A stretch of DNA of 63,629 bases, filler included, from Octopus bimaculoides (taxonomy: Eukaryota): the NCBI RefSeq assembly GCF_001194135.2. It is 7 parts of 7 records of this genome, joined end to end, with 100 filler letters (N's around TTAATTAATTAA, not from the genome) between each part and the next. Parts side by side here need not be neighbours in the genome. Positions count along the whole stretch, not along the records: positions 45,976 to 60,069 come from NC_068983.1; positions 60,170 to 62,124 come from NW_026429370.1; positions 62,225 to 63,629 come from NC_068985.1; 4 more parts are not named here. One strand, 5' to 3'. The translations under genes and the position numbers were made by a program. The notes beneath the pieces are model-generated. The model saw only the letters and a program-made list of their open reading frames with translations, searched no databases and had not been told where the DNA came from. How positions within the stretch are numbered: position 1 is the first letter of the stretch; the number at the start of each line of letters is the position of its first letter. This document shows positions 51,944 through 63,629 of this stretch, in pieces.

Positions 51944-52037
51944 CGGCTACCTCTGATGAGCGCAGGATTACATAATCGGATTGTTGCCTAACACTCCGTT
52001 GAACCCTTAGTGCGAAACTGACAGGTAAGATCAGCCG
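51944..52037 (+). ncRNA. Type I hammerhead ribozyme candidate with extended stem II
   Basis: Intact core CUGAUGA (51953-59) and GAAA (52014-17); stem II GCGC/GUGC; stem III ACU/GGU; GUA triplet (52025-27); stem I CGGCUACCU/AGAUCAGCCG. Confidence 0.7.
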
Positions 52038-52729
52038 CAATGTATATATATAATACTGTACACTTCGCTTAATACACAGACACGCACAGGCACACACATA
52101 CACAGGCACATACATACATAGGCAAACACATACACAGGCACACACACAAACACATTCACGCACACACACATATACATACATTTGTATGTAATCATGTACG
52201 TATGTATGGATGGAAGTATTAATGGATAAATGGATGTGTTCTTGAGGAACAACAGTGAGAAATTTTAAAGGGTTCCAATATCTCACGAACGTATTTGGAC
52301 TGGTTTTTGATTTCGTTTACTTCCAGACACTTCGACTATCTACATACAAATTTGTTTCGGCCTGGTGATCGATAGGCGCTGTCTATCACTAATATCGACT
52401 GATTTCATATAAAGGAGGCTTTGGTTCTTAGTGAAGTGAAAGTTGCCCATCTTGGAGTCAAGGGTTTTGAAACACATGTGTTTTGAAACATATGTCCGTC
52501 AGATGGTGGTCTGATCTGACTACGTTAGTTTAGCACCTTTTTTTTTGTCTCAAGCAACTTTTTATGGCAAACTGCAGATTGGACATCACTTGGACAATGA
52601 CGGCCTTCAGTGAAGCTATGGTGGGTATTGTTACAATGTCAATTAATCTCCCCTTTTATGGCAGTTTTTTTCGTGTCCGAAGATCACCAAGAAGTGCGTG
52701 CTCATAATATAAAAATATATTAGTCATTG

Positions 52730-52835
52730 ATAAACGCAAAGAGCGGCCAGAATCGTTAGCACGCTGGGCAAAATGCTTAGCAGCATTTTGTTCGTCTTTC
52801 CGTTCTGAGTTCAAATTCCGCCGAGGTCGACTCAC
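52730..52835 (+). mobile_element. Family B SINE-like repeat, 3' truncated
   Basis: CAGAATCGTTAGCACGCTGGGCAAAATGCTTAGC...CGTTCTGAGTTCAAATTCCGCCGAGGTCGAC with B-box-like GAGTTCAAATTCC. Confidence 0.8.
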
Positions 52836-53211
52836 AGTCTTAGAAAATAACAAATTGCGTAATAGGTTCATGAATTACCTGTACGCTGGAATATCTTTAA
52901 CAATTGAATTGCTCAATCTTTGCTGATCTAGGGTTAAAGAACAATAGTAAGAATGACATAATAGCGTACATTTTGCACAGCGGGAGTCAGTGAGGGAGAG
53001 AGAGAAAGGGAAAGAGAGCGAGAAAGGGAGAGAGAAAGGAGAGCGTGAAAGAGATAGAAAGAGGAGAATAAGACAGAGAGAGAAAGAAAGAGAGAGTGAG
53101 AAAGAGAGACAGGGAAGGAGAGAGGAGGGCGAGAAAGAGAGAGAAAGGAGAATAAGACAGAGAGAGAAAGAAAGGGAGAGAGAGAGAGAGAAAGAAAGAG
53201 AAAGACAGTGG

Positions 53212-53246
<35 letters not shown>

Positions 53247-54327
53247 AGATAGATAGATAGAAATAGAGAAGGTAGAAATAGAGATAGATAGAAATAGAGA
53301 TAGATAGATTGAGATAGAGAAAGGATGTCCCATTGTGGATTCATTGAAGCTGAAAGAGACTCAAATAAAATTTTCGAACATTCCGTAGTTATACCAGCAA
53401 TGATATCTGCTAAATTACTAACTCACCTCTCCAAAATGAATTTAGATCAAGGCTAGAAATATCTTCAAACATTGCGTTAATTAATTAATCTCTCAAATGT
53501 AAATTAATAAATATCTAAAGAAACAGTCCAAGTACTTATACGCAACGTCGAGCGTCAGCAAAGTCTTGGGTTTCCTATGGTGATCGAAAAGAGACATGCA
53601 CTGGAATGGTAAAGCATCACTTACGCTTGACCTCTGAAATGATCTGAGGTCAAGTCTGAAAGCAATGAAGCACTTGTTATTTATATAGTGTTCCCGCTGC
53701 TAGGCTATTGAGAGTTAAATATTTAAAGTAACCTTCGGCTCTAAACTGGGCCCTATTCGTTTGTTGATTGCGTTGATTTTAAATGACGTCATAGTTAAAG
53801 ACAACGATATTATCGCCCTCCAGCATTTATTACATAAATTCATATAAATACAGATAATTGATAATTGACGTTACCATGTTGATAAAGAGATAGTAACCAC
53901 TGTGATTTATATAGAAATTTTATTTAATTAACAAATAACTCAAAATAAGACATTTTTATACATAAACCATATAAAAGGAATATGTGGAGTCAGTTAGTAC
54001 AAGGGAGATAATAATTTCTTCATAAAATTGGGCGGGATTAGAAGTTTGTATTTGAAAGTTTGGAACAAGGACGAATAAGCATAGAATATCCATATTTAAT
54101 TTTTTTTGCTTACTCATTAAGATGTTCTCAACATTTCTAGTCAGTGGTAATCACATATAGCCCTATTTCATTCTTTTTAGAAATCCTCAGCATGACATTA
54201 CCCAACATTTTATGAAGTAAGACATTTCTTATAAAAACAGAATAGTTACTGAAAAGCATTTACATAATACATTTGCTTGTTCTCTCTTCTTATTTATTCA
54301 ACCGAACAATCTGCTCGCGAAATTAAC

Positions 54328-54581
54328 GTGTAAGTGACAGAGTACTCCACGAATACGCGTACCCTTAACATAGTTCTCGGGGAGATTCGGTGTGACATAG
54401 AATATGACAAGGCTGGCCCCCGTTTGCATTACAGGTACAACTCATTTTTGCTAGCTGAGTGGACTGGAGCAACGTGAAATAAAGTGTCTTGTTGAAGGAT
54501 ACAACACTCCGCTGGGAATCGAACTCAAGACCTTTACCATCGCGAACCGAATTTCCAAACCACAAAGCCATGCGCCTTCAC
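54328..54581 (-). mobile_element. Near full-length family C tRNA-derived SINE
   Basis: Minus strand: GGCGCATGGCTTTGTGGTTTGG..GAGTTCGATTCCCAGC head, GACACTTTATTTCACGTTGCTCCAGTCCACTCAGCT body, GCCAGCCTTGTCA tail. Confidence 0.88.
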
Positions 54582-55721
54582 AAGGGAAGAATTAACCTCG
54601 AACTGAAGACCTGGCTCCGAATGTTTGTAAAAGCGCAAATACGGTTAAAGACACTGAAAGATCAGGTGGTGTTCTTAAACCGGGCGACGGATTAAGCCTT
54701 CCCCACCCCGAACTCAAAATGCAATAAGCCGCCATGTAAACCACAAGGCATCTGTGATTCTATTAATACATNNNNNNNNNNNNNNNNNNNNNNNNNNNNN
54801 NNNNNNNNNNNNNNNNNNNNNNNNNNNNNNNNNNNNNNNNNNNNNNNNNNNNNNNNNNNNNNNNNNNNNNNNNNNNNNNNNNNNNNNNNNNNNNNNNNNN
54901 NNNNNNNNNNNNNNNNNNNNNNNNNNNNNNNNNNNNNNNNNNNNNNNNNNNNNNNNNNNNNNNNNNNNNNNNNNNNNNNNNNNNNNNNNNNNNNNNNNNN
55001 NNNNNNNNNNNNNNNNNNNNNNNNNNNNNNNNNNNNNNNNNNNNNNNNNNNNNNNNNNNNNNNNNNNNNNNNNNNNNNNNNNNNNNNNNNNNNNNNNNNN
55101 NNNNNNNNNNNNNNNNNNNNNNNNNNNNNNNNNNNNNNNNNNNNNNNNNNNNNNNNNNNNNNNNNNNNNNNNNNNNNNNNNNNNNNNNNNNNNNNNNNNN
55201 NNNNNNNNNNNNNNNNNNNNNNNNNNNNNNNNNNNNNNNNNNNNNNNNNNNNNNNNNNNNNNNNNNNNNNNNNNNNNNNNNNNNNNNNNNNNNNNNNNNN
55301 NNNNNNNNNNNNNNNNNNNNNNNNNNNNNNNNNNNNNNNNNNNNNNNNNNNNNNNNNNNNNNNNNNNNNNNNNNNNNNNNNNNNNNNNNNNNNNNNNNNN
55401 NNNNNNNNNNNNNNNNNNNNNNNNNNNNNNNNNNNNNNNNNNNNNNNNNNNNNNNNNNNNNNNNNNNNNNNNNNNNNNNNNNNNNNNNNNNNNNNNNNNN
55501 NNNNNNNNNNNNNNNNNNNNNNNNNNNNNNNNNNNNNNNNNNNNNNNNNNNNNNNNNNNNNNNNNNNNNNNNNNNNNNNNNNNNNNNNNNNNNNNNNNNN
55601 NNNNNNNNNNNNNNNNNNNNNNNNNNNNNNNNNNNNNNNNNNNNNNNNNNNNNNNNNNNNNNNNNNNNNNNNNNNNNNNNNNNNNNNNNNNNNNNNNNNN
55701 NNNNNNNNNNNNNNNNNNNNN

Positions 55722-55794
<73 letters not shown>

Positions 55795-56029
55795 ACGATA
55801 AATATGTGTTTAAATTTGTGTGCGTCTATACATCCATACCTCTTCCTTCTACTCTCTAGCTAGCTATTTATACATATATATGTATATTTGTACGAGTGTA
55901 TGTGTGTGTGTGAGTGCATTGCACGTGTACATGTATGTCTATATATACGTTACATGTATACATTATGTGTGTGTGTGTATATGATATATATGTACATATG
56001 TAAATGCGCATATACGAATGTATACATAG

Positions 56030-56073
<44 letters not shown>

Positions 56074-56188
56074 TTGTGTGTGTGTGTGTGCGTGTGCGTG
56101 TGCGTGTGTGTGTATTGATATGTATATATATATGTGTATATGTATATAAATGTGTTTATGTAAATGCGAATACAATCATATAAAGTTA

Positions 56189-56225
<37 letters not shown>

Positions 56226-56261
56226 GTCTGTCTGTCAGTTTGTCTGTCGCTCTCTCTCTCA

Positions 56262-56293
<32 letters not shown>

Positions 56294-57169
56294 GTCTCTC
56301 TCTCNNNNNNNNNNNNNNNNNNNNNNNNNNNNNNNNNNNNNNNNNNNNNNNNNNNNNNNNNNNNNNNNNNNNNNNNNNNNNNNNNNNNNNNNNNNNNNNN
56401 NNNNNNNNNNNNNNNNNNNNNNNNNNNNNNNNNNNNNNNNNNNNNNNNNNNNNNNNNNNNNNNNNNNNNNNNNNNNNNNNNNNNNNNNNNNNNNNNNNNN
56501 NNNNNNNNNNNNNNNNNNNNNNNNNNNNNNNNNNNNNNNNNNNNNNNNNNNNNNNNNNNNNNNNNNNNNNNNNNNNNNNNNNNNNNNNNNNNNNNNNNNN
56601 NNNNNNNNNNNNNNNNNNNNNNNNNNNNNNNNNNNNNNNNNNNNNNNNNNNNNNNNNNNNNNNNNNNNNNNNNNNNNNNNNNNNNNNNNNNNNNNNNNNN
56701 NNNNNNNNNNNNNNNNNNNNNNNNNNNNNNNNNNNNNNNNNNNNNNNNNNNNNNNNNNNNNNNNNNNNNNNNNNNNNNNNNNNNNNNNNNNNNNNNNNNN
56801 NNNNNNNNNNNNNNNNNNNNNNNNNNNNNNNNNNNNNNNNNNNNNNNNNNNNNNNNNNNNNNNNNNNNNNNNNNNNNNNNNNNNNNNNNNNNNNNNNNNN
56901 NNNNNNNNNNNNNNNNNNNNNNNNNNNNNNNNNNNNNNNNNNNNNNNNNNNNNNNNNNNNNNNNNNNNNNNNNNNNNNNNNNNNNNNNNNNNNNNNNNNN
57001 NNNNNNNNNNNNNNNNNNNNNNNNNNNNNNNNNNNNNNNNNNNNNTATATATAGATAGATAGATAGATACGGAGATGTACTTGCATAGCAAGTGACCTGA
57101 TCTGAGATCGTGTGCTGAAACAATATATGTATATATACATGTATATATATATATCTGTGTCTATATCCA

Positions 57170-57236
<67 letters not shown>

Positions 57237-57267
57237 ATATATATATATCACTAGGCCGCGCGCCTTT

Positions 57268-57299
<32 letters not shown>

Positions 57300-57305
<6 letters not shown>

Positions 57306-57667
57306 CTCTGAAATTGCAATACCCTCTGTTCCGCCATATTCTGATTGCAGTTTAATTGTGGGCTGATAGCAAAGTGCTTGAAACATATCAGCATTGAACT
57401 TCATATTGTTTTTTTCAGCACATCTGTATATTGCGATCCAATCTTTCAGTAGTTTTTCTGTAGTCTTAAGGGTCCTCCATTGCCCCTGATACTTTTGTAT
57501 CATCAGAAGAACTGGCGGAAGTGCTTAGTTGCATGACTACTGACAGCTCCGGCAGCCACGAGAAACAGCAGAGGTCGCAGTATAGTTAGTTCCTTGAGGG
57601 GCTCAGTTTAGTCTTGATGTCTCCTCCTCCTCTTTCTCCTCCGAATGAAAGAGAGATAGATAGATAA

Positions 57668-57710
<43 letters not shown>

Positions 57711-58335
57711 GAGGGAGAGAAAGAGAGAGTACCATTGACTACGACTGCCTGATTCCTGTTTTAAGAAGACATGCAGCCATTTTCCTAGTTTACCAACGGT
57801 ACCAAGGTCACACAATTTGGGACATGTCACCTCGTGATCGGCTTTGGCGAAGGCCTTACCAGAGTCGATATATATCACATCCACAATTGAACGGCTGAGC
57901 TGTTATTTCAGTACACAGTCATGGTATTGTAGCTGTATGAGGTGGCTCCTTCCTGAGTGAAAGCCATACCTCATTGTTAGTGAACAACTCATTTTCTTTT
58001 AGAAACCTGATCAGCTTCCTTCTGACAATGTATCCCATGCTTCCTTCTTTGTGGATAGAGCATCTGATATCTTCTATTAAGATTTTGGGAAGTTTGCTAC
58101 TTGCGAGGAAACTCTGGAAAAGTATCACCAGTGATTTTACGAGAGCTTGCTTTCTTGCATGCCTTTCGAAAGATAGCGGGAAGACTAACACGGCCTGTCA
58201 CTGTGTTCAAGTCCATCTCATTAATGGACGATGTTATACCCTCTTCTTTTATGTCAATGTAATCGATGGTTGTCTCTTCCCTGTGTGGATCTAAAATGTT
58301 GAAGAAAGATGCCAAGTCTTGTTCTAGATCAGAGT
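57300..58335 (-). mobile_element. CR1/L2-group LINE reverse transcriptase remnant
   Basis: Ordered motifs: PAIFRKACK, LIRFLKENELFTN, DVIYIDSGKAFAKADH, KLGKWLHVFLK, PQGT/ILRPLLFLV, SDDTK, IYRCAEKNNMKFNADMFQ; many frameshifts; (GA)n/(GATA)n expansion at 57625-57725. Confidence 0.92.
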
Positions 58336-58559
58336 AACATAGTATGTAGCTCTATATTTTAATAATAATAAATACATATATTATGGAGTGACTATGAACG
58401 ATCTGCTAGTAAATAGAAGACATGGCGGTGTAGCTGAGAAACTCGCTTAGTAACCACGTGATTACTATAGAAGTCTATAACCCCGGACCGATCAGTGTCA
58501 TATGAATGAATTTTGTAAAATTTCTGAAAATTAATGTACGCGCGCGTTGCAGTTATGTT

Positions 58560-58752
58560 TATTCCCCATTATCACTTGATAACTGGTGTTGGTTTGTTTA
58601 CGCCCTTGTAACTTAGAAGTTCGGTAAAAGAGACCAGTAGAATAAGTAACAGATTTATAAATAAGTACTGGAGTCGATTTGTTTTATTAAACCCTTTAAG
58701 GTGGTGCTCCAGCCTAGCCGCAGTCCAGTGACTGAAACAAGTAAACGGTAAA
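58560..58752 (+). mobile_element. Degenerate family A SINE 3' half
   Basis: GTAACTTAGAAGTTCGGTAAAAGAGACCAGTAGAATAAG...GGTGCTCCAGC..CCGCAGTCCAGTGACTGAAACAAGTAAA. Confidence 0.8.
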
Positions 58753-59711
58753 AGTTGAATCAGTGCATCGTTAACTTAAATCCAATATTTGGTCACTGCT
58801 CACACATTCCAACTCTTAAATTCTCTCAATTTTCAATATTTAGTCTTCATTTAACACTGACAAATTTTAACGTTTGCCGAAGTCTCCTTCAGCTTTTACG
58901 ACATACGAATGTTAACTAAAGCAGACGACCGATAATGTATGAGTCACACGAGATCCTTATTTAGTTGCTAGTATTATAGATGAATAGCTAAACTTCACTT
59001 TCTTATTCTGTGATATAAGGATAGCTCGGACGAAGAAAACTGAGTAATGTTAGAAGAATTAAACAATCGATGTACGAAAATAACAGCGAACAAGTTGTTT
59101 GTTTTTCTGGCTATTTTCCTTTTCGGAATCAACACCAAAAGACATCTCACATAAACAATATCCAACAAACAGTGTTGTTGAAAAAGTAAACATTGGCGCA
59201 GACAACAAACTGAGACGGAACTGTCAGAGAAAATAGGCGAGTGAGGACAGAAAGAAACAGGAAAAGCTACGTCCGTTAAATAAAGCTTCTGACCTTTCCT
59301 TAAGAGTTTTCTCCTTTTGTTTAAAATGTCTTATTTCATGGTATGTTTGCCGTTTTGCCTGTTGTTTTGCTTGACTTTTCAAACATTGTTTAGTATTATT
59401 TGTTATTTGTTTCACAACTTTTCATCAAATTTGTTTAGTGAATAGCCAGTGTTACAGAATAAATGCCGTCTTCCAGCCAACCAGTTAAAGAGTTCACATA
59501 CATTTCAATTCTTGGTCGAGACCAGTCAAGTTTATTTACACATCTATGACTTGGAGAAAAGCTTCAGCTTCAAACCTTACCCTTTCGCATCTCGTATAAA
59601 AACCGGGCTTATGTAAATATGTAAGACATTTTCCTATTTATAATAAACGACAGTGATTTTAGGTAATGCTTTCCTGATTTGGATGAACTCAATAGCGCAT
59701 CAAACATTTCG

Positions 59712-59879
59712 TAGGCGTGGCTATGTGGTAAGACGCATGCTTCCCAAACACATGGTTCTGGGTTCAGTCGCACTGCGTGGCATCTTGGGCAAATATCCTC
59801 TAATACTCTACTATAGCTTCGAGCCAACCAAAGAGTTGTGAATGGATTTAGTAGACGGAAACTGAAAGAAGCCCGTCTC

Positions 59880-59880
<1 letters not shown>
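59712..59880 (+). mobile_element. Family A SINE 5' half
   Basis: GGCGTGGCTATGTGGTAAG...GTAGACGGAAACTGAAAGAAGCCCGTC. Confidence 0.88.
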
Positions 59881-59911
<31 letters not shown>

Positions 59912-60169
59912 TATAGTTTTAGGGAAAATAACCAATTTTCAAGAACTCATCGATGAAAATCCACTATCACATATAGAAAAATTAATAATTAAAAGCACAA
60001 TAAATGAGTATAATATAAAGTAAAGTAAATATCATAAGATAAATATAATAAAAAGATTACACGTGTTTCNNNNNNNNNNNNNNNNNNNNNNNNNNNNNNN
60101 NNNNNNNNNNNNNTTAATTAATTAANNNNNNNNNNNNNNNNNNNNNNNNNNNNNNNNNNNNNNNNNNNN

Positions 60170-60565
60170 CCAGCTGTCTGGCTTTCGTGCCGGTGGCACG
60201 TAAATAGCATCATTTGAGCATGACCGTTACCAACATCGCCTTCCTGGCACGTGAAAAGACATTCGAGCGAGATCGTTGCCAGTCCCGCTGCACTGGCTCC
60301 TGTGCAGGTGGCATGTAAAATACACCATTTCGAGTGTGGTCGTTGCCAGTACCACCTGACTGGCCTTCGTGCCGGTGGTATGTAAAAGCACCCACTACAC
60401 TCTCAGAGTGGTTGGCGTTAGGAACGGCATCCAGCTGTAGAAACTCTGCCAAATCAGATTGGAGCCTGGTGTAGCCATCTTGTTTCACCAGTCCTCAGTC
60501 AAATCTTCCAACCCATGGTAGCATGGAAAGCGGACGTTAAACGATGTTGATAATGATGATGATAA
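60170..60565 (+). mobile_element. SINE-like repeat with internal ~60-bp tandem units and RTE-like (GAT)n tail
   Basis: Units containing CGTGCCGGTGG(C/T)A(C/T)GTAAA near 60187, 60244, 60302 and 60368; core TGGCGTTAGGAACGGCATCCAGCTGTAGAAAC; tail GCATGGAAAGCGGACGTTAAACGATGTTGATAATGATGAT. Confidence 0.8.
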
Positions 60566-60629
60566 TGGTGCTCCAGCATGACCACAGGCACTGGCTGAAA
60601 CAAAAGTATACATATATATACATATATGC

Positions 60630-60662
<33 letters not shown>

Positions 60663-60678
60663 AATATATATACATATA

Positions 60679-60710
<32 letters not shown>

Positions 60711-61754
60711 NNNNNNNNNNNNNNNNNNNNNNNNNNNNNNNNNNNNNNNNNNNNNNNNNNNNNNNNNNNNNNNNNNNNNNNNNNNNNNNNNNNNNNNNNN
60801 NNNNNNNNNNNNNNNNNNNNNNNNNNNNNNNNNNNNNNNNNNNNNNNNNNNNNNNNNNNNNNNNNNNNNNNNNNNNNNNNNNNNNNNNNNNNNNNNNNNN
60901 NNNNNNNNNNNNNNNNNNNNNNNNNNNNNNNNNNNNNNNNNNNNNNNNNNNNNNNNNNNNNNNNNNNNNNNNNNNNNNNNNNNNNNNNNNNNNNNNNNNN
61001 NNNNNNNNNNNNNNNNNNNNNNNNNNNNNNNNNNNNNNNNNNNNNNNNNNNNNNNNNNNNNNNNNNNNNNNNNNNNNNNNNNNNNNNNNNNNNNNNNNNN
61101 NNNNNNNNNNNNNNNNNNNNNNNNNNNNNNNNNNNNNNNNNNNNNNNNNNNNNNNNNNNNNNNNNNNNNNNNNNNNNNNNNNNNNNNNNNNNNNNNNNNN
61201 NNNNNNNNNNNNNNNNNNNNNNNNNNNNNNNNNNNNNNNNNNNNNNNNNNNNNNNNNNNNNNNNNNNNNNNNNNNNNNNNNNNNNNNNNNNNNNNNNNNN
61301 NNNNNNNNNNNNNNNNNNNNNNNNNNNNNNNNNNNNNNNNNNNNNNNNNNNNNNNNNNNNNNNNNNNNNNNNNNNNNNNNNNNNNNNNNNNNNNNNNNNN
61401 NNNNNNNNNNNNNNNNNNNNNNNNNNNNNNNNNNNNNNNNNNNNNNNNNNNNNNNNNNNNNNNNNNNNNNNNNNNNNNNNNNNNNNNNNNNNNNNNNNNN
61501 NNNNNNNNNNNNNNNNNNNNNNNNNNNNNNNNNNNNNNNNNNNNNNNNNNNNNNNNNNNNNNNNNNNNNNNNNNNNNNNNNNNNNNNNNNNNNNNNNNNN
61601 NNNNNNNNNNNNNNNNNTGTGTGAGAAAGTATATATAATCTCATTATAAAATATAGTGTCTTTCAAAAACATCCTATATTTAAAACTATATCTCATGTTT
61701 AAGAAAAAAAAAGCATTTTACATTTTCATTTTTCATGAACGCTGACACTGTCTT

Positions 61755-61880
61755 CCTTACTTCCCTCTCCCACTTTTTCTTTTGTTAGACGCTTTCTGTC
61801 TTCCTTACCTATCTTTTCTTTCGTTAGACGCTTTGTCTCCCTCTCCCACTTTTTCTTTACTTTTTTTTTTGTTAGACGCT
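61755..61880. repeat. Short degenerate tandem repeat (GTTAGACGCT x3; CTCCCTCTCCCACTTTTTCTTT x2)
   Basis: Directly visible. Confidence 0.7.
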
Positions 61881-62224
61881 GGCAAACAATCTCTATCTCT
61901 CACACATACATCAACACAATTTCTCTCTCTCCTTCATGCACATACGCACATTTTGACTTCGCCATGTTAGCAAACTTCAAAATTGGTAAAAGTTACGGTT
62001 GAAAATCGATTTTTACAGCTATATGCAGGTGCCTCTGAGAGAAAAAGTTGATGAAAATGCAGACAGGGTCATGTCGAATGTCCTCCTAAAATTGGAGCGA
62101 CATGCGTGCTAATTTGTGGACGTGNNNNNNNNNNNNNNNNNNNNNNNNNNNNNNNNNNNNNNNNNNNNTTAATTAATTAANNNNNNNNNNNNNNNNNNNN
62201 NNNNNNNNNNNNNNNNNNNNNNNN

Positions 62225-62263
<39 letters not shown>

Positions 62264-62267
62264 GCGC

Positions 62268-62319
<52 letters not shown>

Positions 62320-62393
62320 GTATGTATGTATCTTTCTATCTCTCTCTCTCTATATATATATATGCATGTATGTATGTATATATGTATGTATGC

Positions 62394-62431
<38 letters not shown>

Positions 62432-63419
62432 ATATATATAATAAAGATAAAATATATATGTTTATATACACACACACACACGCACACACACACACACACA
62501 CATACACACACANNNNNNNNNNTAGATAGATAAATGTATTTATATATATATAGAAAATGGAGAAGAAAAGTATAATAAATGCTTGGTTCATTTTATTTGT
62601 ATCACAAAGGAAAAGTAATGCAGAGGAAAAGAGATGCCTATAAGAATAAATATAAAAGGAACCGGATCAACAAAACAAAATATCTGAAAATACATTACAC
62701 ATGTTTCAATCCGACAGTATGTTTGAATCGTTAACATTCAAACTTTTATAGATGTAATAAACCCTATATTCCAGGTATCTTCAGGGAAAAGTAAGTATAT
62801 TTTCCGGTCTTGAATTACGAAATAACTTGTTTGAGTACTTTGTTTAGAAATTTTTAAATGAAAGCAACAACATGTTAGGATGCGAGGTTCATGTGATTAG
62901 AAATAAATCGTTTAAATCTAGCTAATATTGAACGTGAAATGATGCTAAAACACCAAATGCATTTGAGAAATATATTTATAATTGTTTATAATTGTATGTG
63001 GGTTATGTAAAATAGGGGTTGTATTCAAAAAGTATAAATTTCGGGTTTGTTTAATGGTAATTATATGTATATACTATTTAACAATAAGATAGGTATTATA
63101 GATGAATAGTAAGGGTTAAGGTAAATTATTGAATGGTATAATTACAAGGTGAAGAGATCAATAGATTAAATTTATTCTTATATATTGGTATTAAATATGG
63201 TTTATATAATGATTGTTTTAATAAATAAGTATACTAATATCAATTATTTAAAATGTGAGTTTCTGGATGCAGGCTTAGTTGGGTGGAGGTGCTTATCTCC
63301 TACTTGTGAACATAAGGACACAGGAAATGTGTCAATGTTGAAGGAGCCGGGAAGCTTCCTAGGGCTAAATAGCAGTAGTATTATTCCTTTCATGGGACTG
63401 TCATATATGTATTATTTCT

Positions 63420-63501
63420 CTCTCTGTCTCTCTCCCCTCTGTCTCTCTCCCCTCTGTCTCTCTCCCCTCTCTCTCTCCCCTCTGTCTCTCTCCCCTCTCT
63501 C

Positions 63502-63520
<19 letters not shown>
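63420..63520. repeat. 15-bp CTCTGTCTCTCTCCC tandem repeat grading into (CT)n
   Basis: Directly visible. Confidence 0.85.
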
Positions 63521-63556
<36 letters not shown>

Positions 63557-63629
63557 CATATATACATATTAGAAAAATAATAAGGTACTCAGATATCTGG
63601 ATGGTTGTATATATATTTATATATACATA

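Noticed and set aside
53591-53619. CTTGACCTC/GAGGTCAAG inverted repeat with nuclear-receptor half sites
   Set aside because: A single 9-bp match with no promoter context; cannot be distinguished from chance

Overview
This is AT-rich, heavily gapped eukaryotic genomic DNA dominated by microsatellites, SINEs and decayed transposons. The SINE families and repeat density point to a cephalopod, probably Octopus; this is an inference from recognised repeat families, not a database match. No intact protein-coding gene is visible, and almost all ORFs in the supplied track are translations of microsatellites or N-gaps. Supported content: (1) a Penelope-like retroelement (PLE) of about 3.2 kb whose N-terminal and RT part (18750-21270, minus) is inverted relative to its RT-thumb/GIY-YIG part (21285-21995, plus); (2) a second PLE GIY-YIG remnant; (3) a CR1-group LINE RT remnant; (4) Tc1/mariner transposase remnants and three MITEs with terminal inverted repeats (TIRs); (5) many tRNA-derived SINE copies. 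The most interesting signal is a set of hammerhead-ribozyme (HHR) motifs, most of them beside (TA)n tracts. One is a complete type I hammerhead with an unusually extended stem II (51944-52037, plus). The others are minimal PLE-type motifs (11855-12099, 36424-36459) and relics (60054-60069, 62691-62756). One plausible isolated coding exon lies at 47662-47781 (minus). Six 100-bp N-TTAATTAATTAA-N blocks are artificial scaffold-join spacers, so linkage across them is uncertain.
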